Shown here one piece after another: positions 9,227 through 20,033 of a DNA stretch of 64,000 bases. Where the stretch lies: the NCBI GenBank assembly GCA_964626665.1, contig CAZVGK010000014.1, forward strand, positions 14,926 through 78,925, in the 5' to 3' direction. The number at the start of each line of letters is the position of its first letter. Position 1 is the stretch's first letter. Position numbers and translations under genes: made by a program. A model generated the notes under the pieces. The model saw nothing but the letters and a program-made list of their open reading frames with translations. It did not search any database and was not told the origin of the DNA. This DNA comes from an uncultured Gemmatimonadota bacterium (GTDB lineage Bacteria; SM23-81; DAOVCL01).

Positions 9227-10942
9227 TCAGTTCGATCCTCTTTCCCTTAGCTCCTCTAAAATCGTCCTCACCTTTTGGGGGGCTTCCTCTATGGAAACGC
9301 GCAGAGCAGCAGGCTCACCTCTTGGCTTTATCTCGACCTTGCCCTCCTGGAGGCTTCTCTCCCCAATGGTGACCCTTAAGGGAATGCCTACCAGATCTGC
9401 ATCCTTGAACTTAGTGCCGGCCCTCTCCTCTCGGTCGTCGAGGAGCACCTCCAGGTCCCCCAATTGGCTGTAAAGCCTTTCTGCGGTCTCCTTAGTTTGG
9501 GAATGGCTGATGTTCAAGGAGAGGATGAGCACCTGATAGGGAGCCACTGAGAGAGGCCAGATTATCCCATCCTTGTCATGGCGTTGCTCAATTACCGCGG
9601 CAACCGTTCTGGTTATGCCAATTCCATAGCAGCCCATCACAAATGGCCTCTCCTTGCCCTCCTTATCCAAAAAATAAGCCTTCATGGCACTACTATACTT
9701 CGTTCCCAGCTTAAAGATCTGCCCCACCTCTATCCCCCGCCCCGAGGAGAAGGGCTGACCGCAGCGGGCACAGTAATCCCCTCCCTGGGCCCAGAGGAGG
9801 TCATAGAAACCAGCAACCTGAAAGTCTCGACCATAGTTCACATTTATCAGGTGATGATCTTCCTGGTTTGCCCCCACTACAAAGTTTCCTCCACCCTGTA
9901 AGGAGTAATCGGCCAAAATCCTCACCCCTTCCAGGCCCACCGGCCCGGAAAATCCTAAGGGAGCTCCGGTAAGCTTCCAGATCTCATCTGAGGTGGCCAT
10001 CTCCAGGCTATCCACCCCCAAGGCCCTCTGTAACTTGGGCTCGTTTATTTCCCTATCCCCCCTGATCAGGGCAGCCACCAATCCGTGGCTGGTGCGGTAG
10101 AGGATGGTCTTCACCAGCCTCTGGGACTCCACCCCCAAGAAGCGGCTTACCTCCTCCACTGTCTTCAATCCCGGGGTATGAACCAGCTCCTTAGCGAGGG
10201 GGGGTTCATCAGGAAGCTTTGCCGTCCTGGCCTCTGCCCTCTCCTGAGTGGCTGCATAGCCACAGCTTGGACAGGACAAGATCTCTGACTCCCCGTTTTG
10301 GGCCAAGACCATAAACTCATGGGTAATATCCCCCCCGATGGCTCCAGAGTCAGCCTCCACAGAGCGGTAGGAAAGGCCACAGCGGGAGAATATCCTCGAG
10401 TAGGCAGCAAACATCCTTTGATAGGTCTGGTTAAGGGATTCATCATCCTGATGGAAGCTGTAGGCATCCTTCATCAGAAACTCCCTGGCCCTGATCACCC
10501 CAAACCTGGGCCTGATCTCATCCCGAAACTTGGTTTGAATCTGATAGAGGACTATGGGCAGATCCCTATAGGAGCGCACCTCACCCCGCAGAAGAGCGGT
10601 GATCACCTCCTCGTGGGTGGGACCCAGGGCAAAATCCCTTCCGTGTCTATCCCTTATCCTCATCAGCTCCACCCCATAATGATTCCATCTCCCGCTCTCC
10701 TCCCAGAGCTCGGCGGGATGGAGCACCGGAAGGAGAACCTCACTCCCCCCTGCTCTATCCATCTCCTCCCGCACGATAGCCTCCACCTTCTTTATCGCCC
10801 TTATCCCCAAGGGAAGGTAGGTGTAGACACCAGAGGTAAGTTTCCTCATCAGCCCGGCGCGGAGCATAAGCTTATGGCTGGTGATCTCCGCCTCCGCGGG
10901 GAGCTCCTTAAGGGTAGGAATGTAGGTCTGGCTCCACCTCAT
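9227..10942 (-). CDS. proS: Proline--tRNA ligase (bacterial type with editing domain)
   Basis: LGPTHEE, FRDEIRPRFG, GIEVGQIF, MGCYGIG. Confidence 0.98.
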   Translation of the reverse strand: MRWSQTYIPTLKELPAEAEITSHKLMLRAGLMRKLTSGVYTYLPLGIRAIKKVEAIVREEMDRAGGSEVLLPVLHPAELWEESGRWNHYGVELMRIRDRHGRDFALGPTHEEVITALLRGEVRSYRDLPIVLYQIQTKFRDEIRPRFGVIRAREFLMKDAYSFHQDDESLNQTYQRMFAAYSRIFSRCGLSYRSVEADSGAIGGDITHEFMVLAQNGESEILSCPSCGYAATQERAEARTAKLPDEPPLAKELVHTPGLKTVEEVSRFLGVESQRLVKTILYRTSHGLVAALIRGDREINEPKLQRALGVDSLEMATSDEIWKLTGAPLGFSGPVGLEGVRILADYSLQGGGNFVVGANQEDHHLINVNYGRDFQVAGFYDLLWAQGGDYCARCGQPFSSGRGIEVGQIFKLGTKYSSAMKAYFLDKEGKERPFVMGCYGIGITRTVAAVIEQRHDKDGIIWPLSVAPYQVLILSLNISHSQTKETAERLYSQLGDLEVLLDDREERAGTKFKDADLVGIPLRVTIGERSLQEGKVEIKPRGEPAALRVSIEEAPQKVRTILEELRERGSN

Positions 10943-11715
10943 CAGAGGATTATCCCCCGCTCACTTCCCGCGATAAATTGGGCTATGATCCTTACCTCAG
11001 GGATGGGCTCCACCTCCTCCTGAATGACTCGCAGGGCCTGGGAGACATTAAACTGCGAGCGGAAGAGGATCTGGTAAACCCTCTTCAGGATGGCAATTGT
11101 CTGGGAAGAGAATCCTCTCCTCCTCAAACCTATCAGATTTAACCCCACCACCTTCAGCGGATAGCCAGCCACAGTGACAAAGGGGCAGATATCCTTGCTT
11201 ACCCTGAATCCCCCTCCCACCATAACATGAGCTCCCACCTTGACAAACTGATGGATCGGCACCATCCCCCCGATGATGGCATAGTCTCCAATCTCCACAT
11301 GACCTCCCAAGTTCACCGCATTCGCCAGGACCACATTGTTTCCAATCAAGCAGTCATGGGCCACATGGGAGTAGGCCATAAAGAGGTTGTTATCCCCCAC
11401 CCTGGTCTCCCCCCTCTGCTGGGTGCCTCGGTTCAGGGTGGCATACTCCCTGATGATGTTTCCCTTTCCCAACCGCAACTTAGTATCCTCCCCGCGAAAC
11501 TTGAGATCCTGCGGTATCGTGCCCAACACGGCTCCATGGTGGATCTTACATCCCTCGCCGATCTCCGTCCCAAAGGCGATCAGGCAATGGGAAGCGATCT
11601 TCGTCCCCTTGCCTACCTTCGCCCCCTTCTCGATCAACGAATAGGGGCCAACCTCCACCTCACTCCCTAACTCCGCCCCCTTATCCACCAGAGCAGTTGG
11701 ATCTGTTTTGATCAA
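10942..11715 (-). CDS. lpxA: UDP-N-acetylglucosamine acyltransferase
   Basis: PQDLKF, HVAHDC, hexapeptide repeats. Confidence 0.97.
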   Translation of the reverse strand: MIKTDPTALVDKGAELGSEVEVGPYSLIEKGAKVGKGTKIASHCLIAFGTEIGEGCKIHHGAVLGTIPQDLKFRGEDTKLRLGKGNIIREYATLNRGTQQRGETRVGDNNLFMAYSHVAHDCLIGNNVVLANAVNLGGHVEIGDYAIIGGMVPIHQFVKVGAHVMVGGGFRVSKDICPFVTVAGYPLKVVGLNLIGLRRRGFSSQTIAILKRVYQILFRSQFNVSQALRVIQEEVEPIPEVRIIAQFIAGSERGIIL

Positions 11716-11717
11716 CC

Positions 11718-13121
11718 CTATCTCTCCACAATTGTGGCCATAAGCTCAGCCTCGGTGACCAGGTCCCCATCCACATAGGCCTTGCCCGCCATCTTGCAAG
11801 TTCCCCTCCTAAACTGGAGCATCTCCACTTCAAACCTAAGCTGATCACCGGGAAGAACTGGCTTCCGGAACCTCACCTTGTCGATCCCCATAAAGTAGAG
11901 CAGCTTCTTCTCGGGGTTCTCCACCGAGTTTAAGAGGAGAAGCCCTCCAGACTGGGCCATAGCCTCCACGATAAGCACCCCTGGCATTATGGGATGGTCG
12001 GGGAAGTGACCATTGAAGAAGGGCTCGTTGATGGTCACATTCTTGATGGCCACCACCTTCTTTCCCTCCTCCAAACTGAGCACCCTATCCACCAAGAGGA
12101 AGGGGTACCTATGGGGCATTATGGAGTGAATGGCGTTTATATCCATACTATAAGAGGTGGCAGAGATAGGCCGGGGAGCAGGCCTTCTCTTAACCTTCTT
12201 TATATATTTCTCACTTATCTTCTTGACAAAGGCCACATTGGCTCGATGGCCAGAACGGGCCGCTAAGACATGAGCCTTGAGGGGTCGCCCCAAAAGACAG
12301 AGGTCGCCCAAGAGGTCGAGGGCCTTGTGCCTACAGGGCTCATTGGGATAGCGGAGGGGGATGTCATTCAGGATGCCGCTCTTTCCAATAAATACCTTTC
12401 CCTTCAGGCCAAAAAGCCCTTTCAAATCGGCGAGCTCCTTCTCCTTCAGAGGTTGGTCACAGATGACGATGGCATTTTGTAGGCTGCCCCCTTTGATTAA
12501 ACCCTGCCTTTTAAGCTCCTCCACCTCATGCAGAAAACAGAAGGTGCGGGCCGGGGCATATCCTTTGATGAAATCGTCCTCTAAAGAGAAGAAGGCGGTA
12601 TACTGGGCCCCCAAAGCAGGATTTTTGTAATCGATCATCAGGGTAAGGGAAAAATCCGCTGAGGGGATGGCTACCAGCTCCACCCCCTCCTTCTCCTTGA
12701 GCTCGGAGTAAAAGATGGGACCCTCGATTACCAGATAATCCTTTGGTGCATCCTGCTCCTCTATCCCCACCTTGAGGATGGCATCCACAAATGGCTTGGC
12801 AGATCCATCCCCCACTGGGGGTTCATTTGAAGAGAGCTCTACGGTGACATTATCTATCTGTAAACCAGCCAGGGCGGCCAAAACATGTTCAACCGTGTGC
12901 ACGCTGGCCCCATTCAATTTCAGAGTCGTCCCCCGCCTACTGTCCGAGACATAGTCAATCAGGGCGGGAATCTGAGGATGGTCAGGAAGATCCTTCCGCA
13001 CAAACCTAATCCCGGAGTCTATAGGAGCAGGGTGGAAGGTTATCTTCGTAGTATTTCCCGTGTGTAGCCCAATACCCTCATATGATATGGGGACCTTAAC
13101 CGTCCTCTGTAGTTTGTTCAT
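11718..13121 (-). CDS. lpxC/fabZ: Bifunctional LpxC/FabZ
   Basis: GIGLHTG, TVEH, ARTF, HKALD (LpxC) followed by [20 protein letters not shown] (FabZ). Confidence 0.97.
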   Translation of the reverse strand: MNKLQRTVKVPISYEGIGLHTGNTTKITFHPAPIDSGIRFVRKDLPDHPQIPALIDYVSDSRRGTTLKLNGASVHTVEHVLAALAGLQIDNVTVELSSNEPPVGDGSAKPFVDAILKVGIEEQDAPKDYLVIEGPIFYSELKEKEGVELVAIPSADFSLTLMIDYKNPALGAQYTAFFSLEDDFIKGYAPARTFCFLHEVEELKRQGLIKGGSLQNAIVICDQPLKEKELADLKGLFGLKGKVFIGKSGILNDIPLRYPNEPCRHKALDLLGDLCLLGRPLKAHVLAARSGHRANVAFVKKISEKYIKKVKRRPAPRPISATSYSMDINAIHSIMPHRYPFLLVDRVLSLEEGKKVVAIKNVTINEPFFNGHFPDHPIMPGVLIVEAMAQSGGLLLLNSVENPEKKLLYFMGIDKVRFRKPVLPGDQLRFEVEMLQFRRGTCKMAGKAYVDGDLVTEAELMATIVER

Positions 13122-14142
13122 CTATCTTCTCCTCCAATTTCCTGAGGGCATCCTCTAAATCCTTAACCCTTTTAAAGAGATGGGGAAGTCGAGCCTCGCA
13201 GGCGACGATTTTCTTAGCTAATTGGTGAGGTCTGGCTGGATAACCGGAGACAAAACCCCCCGCAGGCACAGACTTAGTTACCCCGGCCTGAGCGGCTATG
13301 GTGGAGTTGTCCCCTATCTGAACATGTCCCACAAACCCGGCTTGACCGGCAATCTTCACCCCGCGGCCAATTGTAGTCGACCCAGATATACCCACCTGGG
13401 CAACGATGGCCGTGTTCTCCCCTACCTGGACGTTATGGCCTATATGCACCAGGTTATCCAGCTTTGTCCCCCTCCCAATCCTGGTGGCTCCCAAAGTGGC
13501 CCGATCGATGGCCACATTTGCCCCTATCTCCACATCATCAGCCACCACCACCCTGCCAATTTGAGGTATCTTCCGATAGGCATCCCCCTCCTGCACGAAA
13601 CCAAAGCCATCACTGCCTAAGACGGCCCCGGAGTGGATGATTACCCTATCCCCCACCCCACATCCATCGCCGATAAATACCTGGGGGAATATCGTGGTTT
13701 CCCTACCAATCTTACAGTTCCTTCCTATGTAAACGAAGGGGTAAACCTGACTCCCGGGACCGATGGATGTATCCTCCCCCACAAAGCTGAAGGGGCCAAG
13801 GGAAGCTTGCGGAGAGATAATCGCCCCCGGGCCCAAAATGGAGGTGGGATGGATCCCCAGTGGGAAGCTGGTCCTGGGGGGGAGAAACATCCCAATCACC
13901 TGGGCAAGGGCCTGATAAGGGTTGGCCACCTTAACTATGGTAGGAAAACCTCCGGGGAAATCGGCCCCCACAATTAGGGCAGAGGCCCGGGCAGTTTTCA
14001 GGTAGGGAAGATATCTGGAGTGAAGCAGAAAGGCCAGATCCCCCTTCTGGGCCTGGCCTATCTCCTTTACTCCGGTGATCTCCACATCGGAGTCGCCGAT
14101 TATCTGGCCGCCAATGCGCTGGGCAATCAGGGAAAGTTTCAT
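13096..14142 (-). CDS. lpxD: UDP-3-O-acylglucosamine N-acyltransferase
   Basis: [19 protein letters not shown]. Confidence 0.97.
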   Translation of the reverse strand: MKLSLIAQRIGGQIIGDSDVEITGVKEIGQAQKGDLAFLLHSRYLPYLKTARASALIVGADFPGGFPTIVKVANPYQALAQVIGMFLPPRTSFPLGIHPTSILGPGAIISPQASLGPFSFVGEDTSIGPGSQVYPFVYIGRNCKIGRETTIFPQVFIGDGCGVGDRVIIHSGAVLGSDGFGFVQEGDAYRKIPQIGRVVVADDVEIGANVAIDRATLGATRIGRGTKLDNLVHIGHNVQVGENTAIVAQVGISGSTTIGRGVKIAGQAGFVGHVQIGDNSTIAAQAGVTKSVPAGGFVSGYPARPHQLAKKIVACEARLPHLFKRVKDLEDALRKLEEKIDEQTTEDG

Positions 14143-14152
14143 CTCTAAAAGG

Positions 14153-14704
14153 TTATTCTGACTCCTTCTCCAGTTCCCCCAAAACGGTATCGGTCAGATC
14201 GAACTCCTTCTTGGCAAAGGCAATATTCCCATTGGCCGCATCGAAGATATAGTCGTATCCCCCCTCATTGGCTATCTTCTCCAAAACCGCGTTTATCTTA
14301 TCCAAAAGGGGTTTGGTCAACTCAGTATTTCTCTGCTCTGCCTTTCCCCCTGGGCCAAATATCTGGTTTACATACTGTTGATATTCGTCCCTCTTCTTCT
14401 GAAGTTGATCCTCTTTCTCCTTCCTCTTCTCATCACTGAGGAGTAATTTCTGGCTCTCCAGCTCATTCTGTAGGTCACTGACCTCCTTGGAGAGCTGATC
14501 GGCCTGCTTCTGCCACTCCCCCACTTCCTTGTCATATTTGGCCTGAGCATCTGTAAAGCCCTTAAACTCCTGCCTAATCCTTATCGAATCTATATAACCA
14601 AGCTTAAGGTTCTGGGCCAAGCCAGTGGCTCCCCAGCTAAGGAGCAATAGGCCAACAACCAGGACCAAAGCCTTCCTCACCCATGCCCGGCGGTAAAAGA
14701 ACAT
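14153..14704 (-). CDS. skp: OmpH/Skp outer-membrane chaperone
   Basis: Signal peptide, KLGYID, coiled coil, YDYIFD; lies between bamA and lpxD. Confidence 0.92.
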   Translation of the reverse strand: MFFYRRAWVRKALVLVVGLLLLSWGATGLAQNLKLGYIDSIRIRQEFKGFTDAQAKYDKEVGEWQKQADQLSKEVSDLQNELESQKLLLSDEKRKEKEDQLQKKRDEYQQYVNQIFGPGGKAEQRNTELTKPLLDKINAVLEKIANEGGYDYIFDAANGNIAFAKKEFDLTDTVLGELEKESE

Positions 14705-14858
14705 TTCCCCTCCTTTTTGGTTTAGCCTGAATTATTGTATCATCTCAGATAGCCGAGGCTCAGCCTCGGAGACTGAATTATCCATAAAATTTCAAATCCC
14801 AAGACTTGACGCCCTTCGGGCAGGTTCTATGGGACTCAGATTAACGCAGAGCCTTAGG

Positions 14859-15080
14859 ATTACTCAGGTCACACTATAGTTTACACATTGGTAGCTCAAG
14901 TGTCATTGCGAGGAGCACTTCGCTATTGCTCAGCACAGGCTCCGCGACGAAGCAATCTCATAGCCTAAGCCCCCATTTAACGTTTTGGCTTGCTTCGCTG
15001 CGCTCGCCCCGTTAGATAATTTCTGCCAATCTCGGAATCCAGCGAAACGTCATTGATATCTAACAGGGCTCGCAATGACA
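14859..15080. repeat. Composite repeat family C, copy 2 (contains mini-element 15007-15068)
   Basis: TTACTCAGGTCACA..TATAGTTT, TGTCATTGCGAGG...CGAAGCAATCTC...CTCGCAATGACA; ctcg|CCCCGTTAGATA...TATCTAACAGGG|ctcg. Confidence 0.8.
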
Positions 15081-15127
15081 AGCAAAATCTGTGTTCAAAA
15101 TGGAAATTCCAATACTTTCAAGTCGGT

Positions 15128-17386
15128 TTAAAAGGCTCTCCCCACCTGGAAGTGGGGATGCCAACCTCCTAGATCCCTGTCCAAACCATAGCCAAAGTCA
15201 AACCCAATCACCCCCAACATAGGCATGACAAACCTTACCCCAGCTCCCACTGATTTGTAGAGCTGAAAGGGAGTAATCTCCCTTCCGGATAACCAACTGT
15301 TGCCGGCATCGGCAAAGAGCAAAAGGTAGAGCTGTTGCTCGGCCAGGGGGAACCTGTATTCTAAATTAAAGACCAAAACGCTCCTTCCTCCAATCTCCAC
15401 CCCATCCTGGCGGGGGCCGATGGACCGATCATCATATCCCCTAATCATTCCGTCAAAGCTTGTCCCCCCGGGGAAGAACCTCTCCGAAAAGGGCACCGTG
15501 GATGGCGAATTGTACCCATCAACCACTCCAATTTTCCCCCTCAGGGAGAGGACCCATTTCCATAGGATGGGAAAGTGCCATTGGGCCTCAAATATCTCCT
15601 TGTAATAGCTCACATCCCCCCCCCAGAGGCCTCCGGCCAGCTCGCTGCTCAGGGAATGATAGGTGCCCTTGGTGGCAAACTGGGACAGATCCCTGCTGTC
15701 CCTCTCCAAGGTGATAGTTGTCGAGGAGGTTATCTTTGGCCAGCTCTGCTTGCTCAGATCATACTCCGGGTTCTGGATGGCCTTATAAATATCCGAGAAA
15801 TCATAGAATCTGATCGATTCAACCTTGTACTTAAGGTAAAGCCGGAAGTAATTGTCGGGGAACTGCAGCCGGCGGCCAAACCGCACTGCGCCCCCCTTTC
15901 TTTCCTCTGTGTAGTAGCTCGTCCATATGCGGGTGTTCTGATAGAGGTCCAATCCTACTGTGGTCGGGGTATCCCTGAACCAGGGGATGGTGTAGCCGAA
16001 GTTGAAGTTTCGGGTGCGCTTGCCGAAGTCGGAGCTTAGGTCCAACCTCTCCCCGCGGCCCAGGAAGTTGGGCATACTGAAGCTGGCCGTGCCCACCAAT
16101 TTGTCCGTCTCCGAATAGCCAAAGCCCGCCGAGACCTGTCCGCTAAATTTCTCCTTTACCCTGAGGATGAGGTTGATATTCCCATCTGGTAGGGTTTCAA
16201 AATCTGGGGTCACATTATCGAAGTAGTTGAGATAGGTAACGTTTCGCAAGCTTCTCATCAGGGCTGCCCGGCTAAATATCTGCCCTGGTTTGATGACCAG
16301 CTCCCTCCTAATCACCTTCTCCCAGGTCTTGGTGTTCCCCTCTATGATTATCTTCTCTACCTTAGCCGGTTCTCCCCCCTCAATTTTATAGAGGACATTT
16401 AGCTTGTGGCCAACTCTTTTGGTTTGATCTTGAATCTGGGCGTAGATATAGCCCTTATCCTGGTACAGCGTATAGAGGTTGCCCAAGGACTTCTCATACC
16501 TCTCCTGATTAAATACCTGGCCAGGCTCAAACTTTAACTGTTTCCGCAACTCCTGCTCAGAGAATAGCTGGGCACCCTCAAAGGAGACCTGGCCAAAAAG
16601 CCACCGGGGTCCCTCCTCCACCTGCAACTTGATAAACATATCCCTCTTACCTGGGGCAAACCAGATGGAGTCGGAGAGCACCTTGGCATCTATATAGCCC
16701 TTTTTCCTATAAAGCTCTACGACTTTTTCCTTGTCTTTCCGGAACTTCTCCTCATCAAACTCCCCTCCCCTCCACCACCTCTTTTCCTTAGTCTCCATCT
16801 GGCCTTTTATCATCCCCGCGGGCAAAAATTTGTTTCCCACTATCTCTATCCTCTTCACTCTTACCCTTTTGCCTTCGGTAATCGCGAACTTGAGGATTGC
16901 TCCCCCCTTGGTGGGAAGAACCTGGGGCTTAACCTCGGCCAGGTAATAGCCCTCCTTTCGGTAGAGGGACTCTATCCTTTCCACATCCCCCTTGACCTCC
17001 CCAGGCTTAATCAACCCTCCCTCCAGGGAGGAGATGGTCTCCTTCAACTTGGCGGAGTCGAATTTTTCGTTGCCGGAAAACTCTACCCTCTCCAACTTGG
17101 GGTACTCTTTCAGCTTAAGGAGCAGCACAATCCCCTGAGAGCTCTCCTCTCCCTCCACCCGCACATCACTGAAGAGGCCCAGTCCATACAATCTCCTGAT
17201 CCCCTCCCTGATCTCATCTGCACCCACCACATCACCAATCTTCAAGCCAAATGTGGAGAGGATCAAGGCCCGATCCGCAGTGAGGTTCCCCTTCACCTTG
17301 ATCTCCTGTAAGCTAAGAGGCTGCGCCTGAGCGGAGAAGGAGAAGAGGATAAGGGTTAAACCAACAAGACAGATCCCCCCTCTCAT
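15128..17386 (-). CDS. bamA: Outer membrane protein assembly factor BamA
   Basis: POTRA repeats, IRGY loop motif, terminal Phe. Confidence 0.96.
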   Translation of the reverse strand: MRGGICLVGLTLILFSFSAQAQPLSLQEIKVKGNLTADRALILSTFGLKIGDVVGADEIREGIRRLYGLGLFSDVRVEGEESSQGIVLLLKLKEYPKLERVEFSGNEKFDSAKLKETISSLEGGLIKPGEVKGDVERIESLYRKEGYYLAEVKPQVLPTKGGAILKFAITEGKRVRVKRIEIVGNKFLPAGMIKGQMETKEKRWWRGGEFDEEKFRKDKEKVVELYRKKGYIDAKVLSDSIWFAPGKRDMFIKLQVEEGPRWLFGQVSFEGAQLFSEQELRKQLKFEPGQVFNQERYEKSLGNLYTLYQDKGYIYAQIQDQTKRVGHKLNVLYKIEGGEPAKVEKIIIEGNTKTWEKVIRRELVIKPGQIFSRAALMRSLRNVTYLNYFDNVTPDFETLPDGNINLILRVKEKFSGQVSAGFGYSETDKLVGTASFSMPNFLGRGERLDLSSDFGKRTRNFNFGYTIPWFRDTPTTVGLDLYQNTRIWTSYYTEERKGGAVRFGRRLQFPDNYFRLYLKYKVESIRFYDFSDIYKAIQNPEYDLSKQSWPKITSSTTITLERDSRDLSQFATKGTYHSLSSELAGGLWGGDVSYYKEIFEAQWHFPILWKWVLSLRGKIGVVDGYNSPSTVPFSERFFPGGTSFDGMIRGYDDRSIGPRQDGVEIGGRSVLVFNLEYRFPLAEQQLYLLLFADAGNSWLSGREITPFQLYKSVGAGVRFVMPMLGVIGFDFGYGLDRDLGGWHPHFQVGRAF

Positions 17387-17709
17387 TTGTTTTTCTTTGG
17401 TGATTTGATCTTCTTCACCAAAAGTTGGGTATATTCCTGGCGATGGCCAAGTTTACGGCGATACTTTTTCCTCCGTTTAAACTTAAACACGGTTACCTTC
17501 TCCCCCCGCCCATGGGAGAGGACCTCGGCGGAGACCAGAGCCTCCTTTAGATAGGGCGAGCCCACCACAATCCCCTGAGAGGTGGAGAGAAGAAGAACCT
17601 TATCCAATGTATACTCCTTCCCTGGAGGAACATTTAGCTTAGGAACCCTTACCCTTTCCCCCTCCCTCACCTTTAACTGTTGGCCCGAAGCCTCAACAAT
17701 GGCATACAT
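17383..17709 (-). CDS. rplU: 50S ribosomal protein L21
   Basis: MYAIVEASGQQ, KFKRRKKYRRKLGHRQ. Confidence 0.97.
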   Translation of the reverse strand: MYAIVEASGQQLKVREGERVRVPKLNVPPGKEYTLDKVLLLSTSQGIVVGSPYLKEALVSAEVLSHGRGEKVTVFKFKRRKKYRRKLGHRQEYTQLLVKKIKSPKKNK

Positions 17710-17730
17710 CCTTCCCCCTTTTTGTCCCCA

Positions 17731-17759
17731 AATATAAAGGCTGAATTATAGGGTGTCAA
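17731..17759 (-). promoter_or_regulatory. sigma70-like promoter of rplU-bamA
   Basis: TTGACA-N17-TATATT. Confidence 0.75.
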
Positions 17760-19276
17760 GGCATAAATTCCTCAGTAACATCCAACTCATCCTTGGCCAA
17801 AAGGAACCTGTAGCTGTCGATCTTTTGGGAGGGATCGGCATCCACTTCCAATTTCCGCCTTGACTCCTTGCACAACTTCTTCAATCTTTGCCTCTTAGAC
17901 TCCAAGAGATAGTCTGACACGGTGGGATGCACCTTAAGCCTAAGCCTCTTCTCCTTGAGGCCCCCCTTGGCTCGTTGCAGCCACCTCTCGATCTTGGCCA
18001 TCATCGTCACCCGGGAGAGAACCCGCCCAGTTCCATTGCAGACGGGACAGGCCTCGGAAAAGGTATAGAGAAGGCTGGGCTTTATCCTTCCCCTGGTCAA
18101 CTCCACCAGTCCAAAATCACTGATGGGAAGAATGCTTACATTGGCCCTGTCCCTCTTAAAGGCCCCCCTAAACTCCTGGTAAACCTTTTCTCGATTCCTC
18201 CTCCCTTCCATATCGATGAAGTCAACAACTATGATCCCCCCTATATCCCGCAGCCTAATCTGCCGGGCGATCTCCCTTACTGCCTCCAGATTGGTGCGCA
18301 GGGCTGTCTCCTCTAAATTATCCCTTCCTACATAGCGGCCGCTGTTCACATCAACTGTCACCAGGGCCTCTGTATGATCAATGACGATATAGCTACCCCG
18401 CTTCAACCAGACCTTACGGTCAAACATCCTCTCTATCTCTTTCTCGATACCATAGAAGTCGAATATCGGTTCCTCACCCTTGTAATACTCCACATTAGGC
18501 TTCAATTGGGAGGAGACCAACTTTAGGTAGGAGAGGATTCGCCTATATTCCCTCCTGGAATCCACCACCATTCTCTCCACCTCAGAGGAGAAGAGGTCCC
18601 TGACCACGCTGGAAGTAATTCCCATATCCCGGTGCAGGAGGGCTGGCCCTTTCTCCTTCCCAGCCCTCTTGGTTATCTTCTTCCAGCTCTTCAACAGCCT
18701 GTTGATATCTGCTCGGAACTCCTTCTCCCCCTTCCCCTCCCCCTCAGTGCGCACAATTAGCCCCATCCCCTCTGGCTTAAGAGGAGCCACCAACTCCTTT
18801 AACCTCCTCTTCTCCTTCCAATTAGCAATCTTCCTAGAGATACCTAAGTGATCCTCCCCGGGGAGGAGGACGGTGAAGCGTCCCGGAATGGCCAACTGGG
18901 TGGTGAGCTTTGGGCCCTTGCTTCCAATGGGTTCCTTGGAAATTTGCACCAGAATTACATCCCCTGCTTTGAGCATTTTCTTCCCTCGCCGTTGGCCTTT
19001 CCCCTCCAATTCCCTTGCCTCAAACTCGCCCAAAAATGGGCTATAAGACCTATCCGTGAGGTCGGATAGAGGAAGAAATCCCCTTTTGGGGATGCCAATA
19101 TCCACAAAGGCGGCTTGCATTCCGGGAAGGACGGAGGTGACCTTTCCCTGGTAGATCATCCCCACCATCCTCTCCTCCTCCGGTCTCTCCACAAAGAGCT
19201 CGGCTAACTTACCCTCCTCTAAGATGGCTATCCTGGATTCATTTGAACCCACATTAATGACTATCTCTGTTTTCAT
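17756..19276 (-). CDS. rng: Rne/Rng family ribonuclease
   Basis: S1 domain (LPGMQAAFVDIG), DVNSG, RLRDIGGIIVVDFIDM, CPVC. Confidence 0.93.
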   Translation of the reverse strand: MKTEIVINVGSNESRIAILEEGKLAELFVERPEEERMVGMIYQGKVTSVLPGMQAAFVDIGIPKRGFLPLSDLTDRSYSPFLGEFEARELEGKGQRRGKKMLKAGDVILVQISKEPIGSKGPKLTTQLAIPGRFTVLLPGEDHLGISRKIANWKEKRRLKELVAPLKPEGMGLIVRTEGEGKGEKEFRADINRLLKSWKKITKRAGKEKGPALLHRDMGITSSVVRDLFSSEVERMVVDSRREYRRILSYLKLVSSQLKPNVEYYKGEEPIFDFYGIEKEIERMFDRKVWLKRGSYIVIDHTEALVTVDVNSGRYVGRDNLEETALRTNLEAVREIARQIRLRDIGGIIVVDFIDMEGRRNREKVYQEFRGAFKRDRANVSILPISDFGLVELTRGRIKPSLLYTFSEACPVCNGTGRVLSRVTMMAKIERWLQRAKGGLKEKRLRLKVHPTVSDYLLESKRQRLKKLCKESRRKLEVDADPSQKIDSYRFLLAKDELDVTEEFMP

Positions 19277-20033
19277 TCTCTCTCCTTAAAAATCTCAAAG
19301 CCCCCTCCACCTCATTGAGGTCAACTAAGGTATTAAAGCAGGGCCCATTTGGCCTCTGATTCAACACCCCAAAGACGGGGATGGGGTAGGTCTCTTGGAT
19401 GCCGGAGACCATATCCCGCTCACAGGCCACAGCAACGATTACTGAGGGCCTCTTCTCTAGGACAACCTTCCGGGCCAAGGTTCCCCCGGTAGCAATGGCA
19501 ATGTCTGCCCCATATTTTTCCGCCAAACCGATCAGGTTACCTATGGGGCACTTCCCACACCGGCGACAGTTGGCAAATGTGGAGGTAACCCGGTAGGGAC
19601 AGTCAAAGTTCTGCAGACAATGGGGAAGGAGGAGCAGGATCCTCTTCACCAAAAGCCTTGCCCTGGTAGCCTTCACCAGGGAATTGTTCACCGCCACAAA
19701 GGAGTTTCTCACCTTTTCCCTTGATATCCCCAAAAGGGGACCCAACCCGGTGACTATGGGAAAGAGAACCCTTACCGTAACCTGCTTTTTACCATGAGGG
19801 AAGAGAAAATCCTTCTCGGTAATGGCAGAGAGAAAGATGAGGAGCAACCCCCCCACCACTACGGAAACAAAAAAACCTAACCCCAAGCCGACCAAAATGG
19901 GAAGCCAGGGGTGGATCTGCTTCAGCCTAGGGGAGACAAGCCAAAAGAGGAGTCCCACGGCCAGGGCCAAGGCCAAAATACTTAAAAAGGATAGGCCAAA
20001 AAAAATCCGCTTTTCCCCAATCCTCACGGCCAC
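19254..20033 (-). CDS. DUF116 family membrane protein
   Basis: LLLPHCLQ, CRRCGKC, ATGGTLAR, AVACERD; usually found next to fmt. Confidence 0.85.
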   Translation of the reverse strand: MAVRIGEKRIFFGLSFLSILALALAVGLLFWLVSPRLKQIHPWLPILVGLGLGFFVSVVVGGLLLIFLSAITEKDFLFPHGKKQVTVRVLFPIVTGLGPLLGISREKVRNSFVAVNNSLVKATRARLLVKRILLLLPHCLQNFDCPYRVTSTFANCRRCGKCPIGNLIGLAEKYGADIAIATGGTLARKVVLEKRPSVIVAVACERDMVSGIQETYPIPVFGVLNQRPNGPCFNTLVDLNEVEGALRFLRRENENRDSH

